The notes below the pieces were generated by a model. It was given only the letters and a program-made list of their open reading frames with translations. It did not search any database and was not told the origin of the DNA. A stretch of 64,000 nucleotides of DNA from Eledone cirrhosa (taxonomy: Eukaryota). The number at the start of each line of letters is the position of its first letter. The stretch's first letter is position 1. Below, piece by piece: positions 52,770 through 64,000 of this stretch. The translations under genes and the position numbers were made by a program. Location: assembly GCA_964016885.1 (NCBI GenBank), contig OZ024746.1:23374001-23438000 (forward strand), read 5' to 3'.

Positions 52770-53505
52770 CACATATCCAAACATGCACATATACACACAT
52801 ACATACACATGCACACATACTCACATAGTCATGTGTATACACACATACACATGCTACATACACACATAAATACACGTGTATACATATACACATGCACTCA
52901 TATACACATATTCTACATACACACATAAATACACATGTGCGCATACACACATGCACACATACACACATACACACATACAGACATACTCACATACACACAT
53001 ACACACATACAGACATACAGAGATACACACATACACACATACAGACATACACACACACACTCACATAGACACATACACACATGCAGACATACACACACAT
53101 ACAGACATACACACATACTCACATACTCACATACACACATACAGACATACAGACATACACACATACACACATACAGACATACTCACATAGACACATACAC
53201 ACATACTCACATACACACATACAGACATACACACATACTCACATATAGACATACACACATACTCACATACACACATACAGACATACACACACACTCACAT
53301 AGACACATACACACATACAGACATACACACATACACACATACAGACATACTCACACACATAGACATACACACATACTCACATACTCACATACACACATAC
53401 AGACATACAGACATACACACATACTCACATACTCACATACAGACATACACACATACACACATACAGACATACTCACATAGACACATACACACATGCAGAC
53501 ATACA
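52770..53505. repeat. (CA)-rich compound microsatellite
   Basis: ACATACAC/ACAGACAT/ACTCACAT units. Confidence 0.95.
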
Positions 53506-53899
53506 GGCAGTTCTATATTGATGTTCACATGGTAGCTTGCGTGTTGATCAAATATAAAAGTGAATTAACAACCTATTTTGACAAGCAGAGTGAACAATAA
53601 GAAGGACTTTCTGATTTACCTGTAACCATGGTTATACAGTTACCTAAATAAGCTAGTATTTCAGCATACATATACATAGAGGCATCCAGATTATACATAT
53701 ATATATGTGGTGTGTGCGTGTGTCTGTGTATATGTATACATACATAAATATAAATACATGCATATATATATATAAAATTGAGTATGTGTTGGTTGTTTAC
53801 TTTTATATATATATATATATAAACATACATGCAGACAGTCAGACAGACATACCTCCAGATTATACATATATATAAACACACACACACCAACATCCATAC

Positions 53900-53936
<37 letters not shown>

Positions 53937-54439
53937 TGCACACACTCATATATATGGAAAGACTGCCTTGCAGAAGTGAGCACACAGTTGATTCTGTAGA
54001 GTTTGGAAGCTACAGCCCACCCACCAAACCAGTGGGGTGGTCTTATATTGGAGAGAAGTAACTAACAGCCTTTCTGTCTTTAAGAATCTTCATCTTATTT
54101 TGTAAGTTATTTTATAGCATCTCTGCACATGAGTACCACATTTTAATATTAATTTTTGTACTGTTTCTCTCAGTATATGGTTGTTATTGTTGTTATAGCT
54201 CATCCCCATGCAGGTTTGGCTAGCCTCTCCTGTAGATGCATCTCAAAGGAGGTTTCTTAGGTTCTTTAATGATAGTGGGGACCTGTCTTACCATATCATT
54301 TTTCAGTAGAAAGAAGGTGGCATTTGAACACAGAACACATAGTGCTAGAGCAGATATCACAAGGCATCCTGTCCAATTCTCTATAAATTCTGCCATTCCA
54401 CCACCATGGAGAAATATTATATTTATGCTGTAATCTGGC

Positions 54440-54620
54440 CAGTTCCACACATTAAATGAGGTTGGTGTTAGGAAGGGCATCCAGCTGTAGAAAGCCTGCC
54501 AGATAGTCATATATGAGCGAGACACGGACACCCAACCAAGCTTGCCACAAGTGGGACAACTCCCATCTAATCCATGCTAGCATGGAAGATAGACGTTAAA
54601 CGAAGATGATGATGATGAAC
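54440..54620 (+). mobile_element. SINE family B
   Basis: GGTGTTAGGAAGGGCATCCAGCTGTAGAAA...CCATGCTAGCATGGAAGATAGACGTTAAAC(GAT)n. Confidence 0.8.
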
Positions 54621-55795
54621 TCTGAAAGGATGAAAATCAAAAGAGACCTTGGCAGGATTTGAACTCTTGAGTGTAGAAAACCAGAACACATGATGCACGA
54701 TCTAATGACCAATGTGCTACCTTTATTATATACAGTTAAAAAAGGAAGCTAAATTCAATTTGAAGCACGGAGGCTCATCAGGCTGGAGCTTGTTCTGGTT
54801 TTATAGATGTTAAGTGACTGTGAATACAAAACTCTTCCCTGGATAGGATTCCAGTCCAATGCAGAGGTATCTCCCCATCCACCCAGCTACTGTTGGTACC
54901 CATTTCTTTTCAGCTGGGTGGCCTGGAGCAACATGAAATGAAGGGTACAATACTTTGCATTGTCTGGGATTTGAACCCATGAGTTTATGATGATGAGCTG
55001 AACATCCTAACCACTAGGCTGCACACCATCACTACATACGGTTACATCATCTAGGTAGGTGGATGTGCCATCCAACTTGTTTTCATGAATACAATTGTCT
55101 CTAATTCCTAGGAAACATGAAGACCATTTGCAAACAAAGCAGAGACATTTAAACTAAAATAATTGACTCTTTGCCTAGAAAGCAGTAAATGGTTTATCAT
55201 CAAAATGCAATGCAATGAAGTTTTTCAAGCTACAAAAGTTGATAATACTAAACATCATGTAAGAAGATATTTTATTCGCTAAGTTGTCTTAGTTGTGACT
55301 AAGTGTTTAAGTAAGTGAATATCTTAATAGTTTTGCAGTAGTCAACTACTAACCTCTTTTTACTGTTGCTGTTAACAACATTCATTTGTGCTCGAGATTT
55401 AGCTAAGCCTATTGAGTCCTCTCATAAACTTTGCTTGGAAATATGTTTTTGTTGTATTTGAGAAATATGTTATTATATAGCTCCTAATTATCAGTGAGAT
55501 TCAGCATGATGTGGTGTACATCTCATTTTTACCAGGTGAGGGGTCTGGAGCTATGTGAAATAAAGAGTCTTGCTCAAGGGCACAGTGCACTTCCAGGAAT
55601 CGTACACCTGACCTTACGCTTGTGAGCTGAGCACTCTAATTGCTAAACCACATGCCATCACTGTCTTGAATAGGTATACTTGTCATTTCCATTGACATCA
55701 TATACATATATATATATATGAATACAAGCAAAAGGATACTATATGCTGCGAGTGATATTATAGCTAGCCTATTCAGTTTAGCAATAACAGACATA

Positions 55796-55905
55796 CCCCA
55801 CTGAAGACAATATTGCCAGTCCAGGATTGCTTACATAATCAATGTTTGATGTGTGACTGCAACTGTAATAAACAGTTGACACATTAGAAACCAGGTAGTT
55901 TTGGT
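55796..55905 (+). ncRNA. Degenerate hammerhead motif with branched stem II
   Basis: CTGAAGA(55801)...GAAA(55887)-CCAGG-TA; stem III ACC/GGT; internal hairpin CAACTGT/ACAGTTG; stem I poorly paired. Confidence 0.45.
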
Positions 55906-56434
55906 AATTATATATCTTATTAATTAATCTCTTTAGTTTTGTTCATGTATTGTTATATCCTCACTAAATATAATGAGTCCACTCTGGTTCAAGAATATAT
56001 TTCTTGTTTCATTGAGTGAATGGCAAGAAAACAATTAATTTGACTTGTGTTGCCACCTGGCAAAGCAGTATCAGTTAATTTTGAAAACACTATTATATCA
56101 TTTCATTTTACGTCCGATTTTCCCTGCTTGCAAGGGTGGGACGGGAACTGATTCTGGCATGATTTCTACAGCTGGATGCCCTTCCTAACACCAACCTCAT
56201 TTACAGTGAGTGCTGGGTGCTTTTTTTCCGTGGCGCCTACACGTCCACTTTACAGTGGATTGATAGGGACCGCAGTCCCTATCATCTCATTTCCACAGCT
56301 GAGTAAACTGGAGCAATGTGAAATAAAGTGTCTTACTCGGGGAAACAACACATCACCCAGTGTGAGAATTGAACTCACAACCTTTCGATTGCAAGGCCCT
56401 AACCACTAAGGCTCTAACCACTAAGCCATGTGCC

Positions 56435-57803
<1,369 letters not shown>

Positions 57804-57953
57804 CAGTATTTTCCGTTGTGTTGTAATATAAATATTACACACAGTAGATTATCAGCTCACGTAGAGTTTGCTCGACGGTTCCAGTTGTAGTTCCAAAAGT
57901 AATCCGGAGAAAAATAGAAAGATTTGAATGGATACAGTTTAGTTGAAAGGAAT

Positions 57954-58070
57954 TTATTGACACGTGTTTCTATAACAGTTACATAACCTAAAACAGCTAT
58001 CTACAAACTTTTAGTTATGCAGACATTCAATATTTCAATGTTATTATTTACTGTCATTTCATCAGAATAA
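57954..58070 (-). ncRNA. Inverted copy of the 59958-60074 hammerhead
   Basis: TTATTGACACGTGTTTC...TCATCAGAATAA on the plus strand. Confidence 0.7.
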
Positions 58071-58642
58071 TATTACTGAGGACCTATTTAGTTTTTATAG
58101 AGAATATTAGGAGGGAGGGGTGAAGTTGTTAGAAGAATAGTTGAAGGAGTGGTTTTTCGATAGCAGTGAGAATTCTTGGTGGCAGTGAGTAATTAGATTC
58201 CCATCTGTTGTTTTGACATTTTTTATAGAATATATTATTGGTTATTTTTCTAAATTTATAGAAGGATTAGAGATAGTAAAGATATGCGTGGTTGGTTTTG
58301 TGTTTGCACTTAATTAACATTCAGACTTAAATTTTTCTTTCAAGTGTACGTATCCTTTCACCCACGCATTCACACACAAATATATTTGCACACCTTTACA
58401 AAATACATATACTCACAATTCACATATTCATACTTACATATATATACACATGCATACACATATATATACACACATGTATTCATGTACATACATACGCGCT
58501 CATGTGTATACATTTTCATACTCAACTTATCTTTATATACACACGTATAGACACACTCATATATACATACATACTCTAGTCCATGTGTACACACATACAC
58601 ATACTTACACATCCATATACACATATATACATACATATATAT

Positions 58643-58687
<45 letters not shown>

Positions 58688-58718
58688 CATATATACATAC
58701 ACATACATATACACATAT

Positions 58719-59012
58719 GCCTATAGGCATTCTTACTCAATAAAACACCAGAGCCAAAGAAATGTAACAACTTTAGCAGAAAAAGCTTGGACGCTCAGGG
58801 ATAGTGACCAAAAGTTTACCCTAAAATGGGAAAAATTAGCTAAAACCCAAAGCTTTTCCAGGAGCCAAAATTTCTGCAAATTATGTAATCTTGAGATTTA
58901 TTACATAATCACACACAAGAAGAAACTGCTGAATAACAGAATTGAACGAACATTATTCTGCCGTCACAGAACTAAAACCCTTTTTTCCCACTACAAGCCG
59001 AATATTACATAA
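58719..59012 (+). pseudogene. C-terminal fragment of a PLE GIY-YIG endonuclease (absent from the ORF track; no start codon)
   Basis: YRHSYSIKHQSQRNVTTLAEKAWTLRDSDQKFTLKWEKLAKTQSFSRSQNFCKLCNLEIYYIITHKKKLLNNRIERTLFCRHRTKTLFSHYKPNIT*: T.L...W.L, W, CxxC..E, LLN.R.E and CRH motifs, uninterrupted. Confidence 0.85.
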
Positions 59013-59124
59013 AAGAGGGACATCCCCCAACTATATAAACCTTAATCTAGTTAGAAAAATATAAAAACAATCTCTTCTCAACATATATTAATAACCTTAA
59101 ATTACCATACTAATAATGAAAAGA

Positions 59125-59182
59125 TATGCTGATGAGAATAGGTACAAATATGCGATAATGAATGTGTCTAAAAACGTCCATA
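59125..59182 (+). ncRNA. Minimal type I hammerhead (G12 appears mutated or deleted)
   Basis: TATG-CTGATGA-GAA-TAGGTACA..TGTGTCTA-AAAACGT-C-CATA; stem I TATG/CATA, palindromic ACGT stem III, GUC site. Confidence 0.6.
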
Positions 59183-59336
59183 AGTATGTATATATATGTG
59201 AAAATGTATATAAATAAGTAAATATATATATATGTTTGATGTGTATAGTTAGATGTAAGTGTATTCATGTATTAAAGTGCTTATATATATATGTGTATGT
59301 ATATATGTGTATATGTATGTGTATGTATATATGTAT

Positions 59337-59374
<38 letters not shown>

Positions 59375-59957
59375 ATGTATATGTATATATATATGTATAT
59401 ATATATGTGTATATGGATGTGTAAGTATGTGTATGTGTGTACACATGGACTAGAGTATGTATGTATATATGAGTGTGTCTATACGTGTGTATATAAAGAT
59501 AAGTTGAGTATGAAAATGTATACACATGAGCGCGTATGTATGTACATGAATACATGTGTGTATATATATGTGTATGCATGTGTATATATATGTAAGTATG
59601 AATATGTGAATTGTGAGTATATGTATTTTGTAGAGGTGTGCAAATATATTTGTGTGTGAATGCGTGGGTTAAAGGATACGTACACTTGAAAGAAAAATTT
59701 AAGTCTGAATGTTAATTAAGTGCAAACACAAAACCAACCACGCATATCTTTACTATCTCTAATCCTTCTATAAATTTAGAAAAATAACCAATAATATATT
59801 CTATAAAAAATGTCAAAACAACAGATGGGAATCTAATTACTCACTGCCACCAAGAATTCTCACTGCTATCGAAAAACCACTCCTTCAACTATTCTTCTAA
59901 CAACTTCACCCCTCCCTCCTAATATTCTCTATAAAAACTAATAGGTCCTCAGTAATA

Positions 59958-60074
59958 TTATTCTGATGAAATGACAGTAAATAATAACATTGAAATATTG
60001 AATGTCTGCATAACTAAAAGTTTGTAGATAGCTGTTTTAGGTTATGTAACTGTTATAGAAACACGTGTCAATAA
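59958..60074 (+). ncRNA. Type I hammerhead with long branched stem II
   Basis: TTATT-CTGATGA-A-ATGACAG...CTGTTAT-A-GAA-ACACGTGT-C-AATAA; palindromic stem III; GUC cleavage after 60069; A-A mismatch at 10.1/11.1. Confidence 0.7.
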
Positions 60075-60227
60075 ATTCCTTTCAACTAAACTGTATCCAT
60101 TCAAATCTTTCTACATATATATATATATATATACATATATAGAATTAGACAATTTGTATTCCAATGTTACTAAGTAGTTGCATTGGATGGAGTCAACTGA
60201 TGTCAGAGATTGCTCAACGTATACATA

Positions 60228-60299
<72 letters not shown>

Positions 60300-60322
60300 C
60301 ACACATATATATATATACACAC

Positions 60323-60353
<31 letters not shown>

Positions 60354-60494
60354 CATACATATATACATATACATATATAACATATATATACATATATATA
60401 TATACATATATATACATATATATATATACATATATACATATATATATATACATATATACATATATATACATATATATATATATATATACATATA

Positions 60495-61538
60495 TAACTT
60501 TGAATAACTTTGAAATGTTTTGGCCAGTATTGGCCCAGGCCATGTCTAACTTAATAGCACCACCTGGCGAAGTCTTTCAATTCAGGATTTGGGCACCATG
60601 GCCCATTCGAGAAGAGAATTACTGTTTGCGGAGACATATCCGGGTGTGGGTGGTTTGTCCGGGATTACTTGGAGGAATTTGTCCAAAGACTTCTTGAATT
60701 TTGTGTGGTCAATTTCTGTTTTGACGTGTCCTGGTGTGATGTTGAAGAGAGCAGGGCCGATTGAGGTGAAATAATTGTGCCGTATTGTTGTTATGAGTTG
60801 CGATTTAGATTTTTGTATGGGACGGATAGCACGGGGCCCAAGCCTTGGGTGTATCTTGAAGGCGATGCCAACATCATTTGGGCAGTGATGATGGAACATT
60901 TTCCACATCATGCAGATAATATAACGCTCACGGTGATGTTGGAGTGAGTAAAGTTTCAGGTTTTCTAGTCGACCCAGTAGTCAAGGTCTGACATGCCATC
61001 TAACTTTTTCGTGATTGCCCTTTGAGGAGCTTCAAGTTTCATGATACTTTGTTTCGTGTGGGGAGACCACAGTGGACAACAGTATTCAAGGTGTGGTCGG
61101 GCAAAAGTAGAGAAAAGAAGGATAATGGTGTGGGAATCTCTCGACTGGAAGGTTCTGAGGATCCAGGAACACATTCTGCGGGCCATGTCAACTTTGCTGC
61201 TTATATGCGTGGCCCAGCTTATGTTGCTGTCCACGGTTACTCCCAAGTCTCTGATGTTGTTAGATGCCATGAGAGTTTCCCCGGAGGGAAGGAAGTACGG
61301 GAGTTTCAGAGCATCCTCTTTTCCAAAGTGGATCAGTTCGAATTTGTCTTCGTTCAGTAACATGTTGTTCTTTTCAGCCCATTGGGTAACAGCCAGTAGG
61401 TCTGACTGAAGGCTTATCCGGTCATCCACGCCATTGATGACATTTTGGAGCTTGGAATCATCAGCGAAAATTGGAATCATCAGCGAAAATTTTAATGTTG
61501 CTGTGTTTGATGATGTCAGTGATGTCATTAATATAGAT
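60495..61538 (-). mobile_element. 5'-truncated CR1-type LINE (RT C-terminal half to 3' tail)
   Basis: [64 protein letters not shown]; stop at 60582; (TTCAAAGTTA)2 tail; two frameshifts. Confidence 0.93.
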
Positions 61539-61539
61539 G

Positions 61540-61571
<32 letters not shown>

Positions 61572-61578
61572 CATACAC

Positions 61579-61611
<33 letters not shown>

Positions 61612-62194
61612 CATATATACACATACATATATATATACATATATACATACATATATATACATATATACATACATATATATACATATATACATACATATAT
61701 ATACATATATACATACATATATATACATATATATATACATATACATACATATATATATACATATACATACATATATATATACATATACATACATATATAT
61801 ATACATATACATACATATATATATACATATACATACATATATATATACATATACATACATATATATATACATATACATACATATATATATACAATATACA
61901 TACATATATATATACATATACATACATATATATATACATATACATACATATATACATACATATACATACATATATATATACATATACATACATATACATA
62001 CATATATATATACATATACATACATTATACATACATATATATATACATATACATACATATATATATACATATACATACATATATATACATATATATATAC
62101 ATATACATACATATATATACATATATATATACATATACATATATATACATATATATATACATATATATATATATATACATATATATATACATAC

Positions 62195-62225
<31 letters not shown>

Positions 62226-62226
62226 C

Positions 62227-62285
<59 letters not shown>

Positions 62286-62306
62286 CATATATATATACAT
62301 ATATAC

Positions 62307-62365
<59 letters not shown>

Positions 62366-62522
62366 CATATATATATACATATACATATATATATATATAT
62401 ATATACATATACATACATATATATACATATACATACATATATATATACATATACATATATATATATATACATATACATATACATATATATATACATATAC
62501 ATATATATATATATATATATAC

Positions 62523-62553
<31 letters not shown>

Positions 62554-62554
62554 C

Positions 62555-62587
<33 letters not shown>

Positions 62588-63109
62588 CATATATATATAC
62601 ATATACATATATACATATATATATACATATATATATATATACATATATATATACATATATATATATATACATATATATATACATATATATATATATACAT
62701 ATATATATATACACATACATATATATATACACATACATATATATATACATATATATATACATATATATATATATACATATATATATATACACATACATAT
62801 ATATATACATATATATACATATATATACATATATATATATATACATATATATATATACATATACATATATATATACATATATATATATACATATATATAC
62901 ATATATATATATACATATATATATATACATATATATACATATATATATATACATATATATATACATACATATATATATATATACATATATATATACATAC
63001 ATATATATATATATACATATATATATACATATATATATATACATACATATATATATATATACATATATATATATACATATATATATATACATATATATAT
63101 ATACATATA

Positions 63110-63173
<64 letters not shown>

Positions 63174-63197
63174 CATATATATACATACATACATATA

Positions 63198-63238
<41 letters not shown>

Positions 63239-63247
63239 ACATACATA

Positions 63248-63344
<97 letters not shown>

Positions 63345-63353
63345 ACATACATA

Positions 63354-63394
<41 letters not shown>

Positions 63395-63445
63395 ACATAC
63401 ATATATATATATATACATACATATATATATATATACATACATACA

Positions 63446-63486
<41 letters not shown>

Positions 63487-63523
63487 ACATACATATATAT
63501 ATATATACATACATATATATATA
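61539..63523. repeat. ~2-kb (TA)n/(TACA)n microsatellite
   Basis: Read directly. Confidence 0.98.
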
Positions 63524-63968
63524 CATGGTGGCTGCCAACTCGTTTTCGAGTACGGCCACTACTTTATATCCATGTAGGAGAACCCCTACCAATGCGCTGA
63601 ACAAGTGGGACTTTTTAGTCCAGCCAGCGACTTGAAAACTCTGGTACAAACACTATAGTGAGCAAAGGCACTGCACAAAGCCAGTCCCACTCTCTTAACC
63701 AAGATGATATTTACCAAAAAGAAGAACAAGTCAACATCATTGGATACCATCAGGGTTGCAGGTGTTATATCAGAGTTTTCCTTCTAGAATTCTGCCTTGA
63801 CAAAGGCTAAGGGGTCATCTCTCCCGGTGATTTTGGATGGCCTTTGACTTTTAAGAGCTCCTTTGCCCTTTGACAGGTTTTGTTTTTAGTCCTGCAGGAT
63901 ATTCAAAGTCACCCTCCTCACGAAGAAACCTTGGTGGGGTTGCCAGTTTAGTCGCCAACGACCCGACC
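63524..63968 (-). mobile_element. Apparently 5'-complete copy of the bipartite RTE-derived element, with a 107-bp internal deletion
   Basis: Reverse complement matches 49677-49908 plus 50016-50147 and extends ~85 bp further 5' (GGTCGGGTCGTTGGCGAC...); microsatellite on both sides. Confidence 0.85.
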
Positions 63969-64000
63969 ATATATACATACATATATATATATACATACAT

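Larger units (their letters stand above)
57805..60113 (+). mobile_element. Penelope-like retroelement: inverted pseudo-LTR, 5'-truncated GIY-YIG end, pseudo-LTR
   Basis: Arms 57915-58718 and 59303-60113 are reverse complements with few differences; the spacer encodes a PLE endonuclease C-terminus; hammerhead motifs present; flanked by (TA)n. Confidence 0.85.

Noticed and set aside
52360-53983. HT/CV-rich ORFs
   Set aside because: (CA)n/(TG)n compound microsatellite translations
63890-63968. HDV-like ribozyme at the RTE-derived 5' end (TCTTCGT resembles L3)
   Set aside because: P1, P3 and P2 pairings could not be built convincingly; an Infernal search on the family consensus would be needed

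Overview
AT-rich, repeat-dominated animal genomic DNA. The SINE, LINE and microsatellite landscape resembles Octopus/coleoid cephalopod DNA (inference). No complete host protein-coding gene is visible. The left ~26 kb probably holds the CpG-rich promoters, 5'-UTR exons and first ~20-kb intron of an unidentified minus-strand gene that runs off the window at position 1. Clear mobile elements: a full-length, frameshifted DD37D (maT) Tc1/mariner with TIRs and TA TSD (8694-9977); a 5'-truncated CR1-type LINE (60495-61538); RTE LINE fragments and a head-to-tail stack of RTE-derived elements with C2H2 fingers; many TTAA-CCC piggyBac-type MITEs; several SINE families; a probable LTR; and a 2.6-kb 30-bp minisatellite. 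The most notable signal is a Penelope-like element (57805-60113): a GIY-YIG C-terminal fragment between two ~805-bp near-identical inverted repeats, embedded in (TA)n and carrying type I hammerhead ribozyme motifs. About seven further short hammerhead-like motifs, some heavily decayed, are scattered through the window; they have palindromic stem III and often long or branched stem II, and one is boxed by its own inverted repeats. Most ORF-track entries, such as the YI/IY and HT repeats, are microsatellite artefacts.
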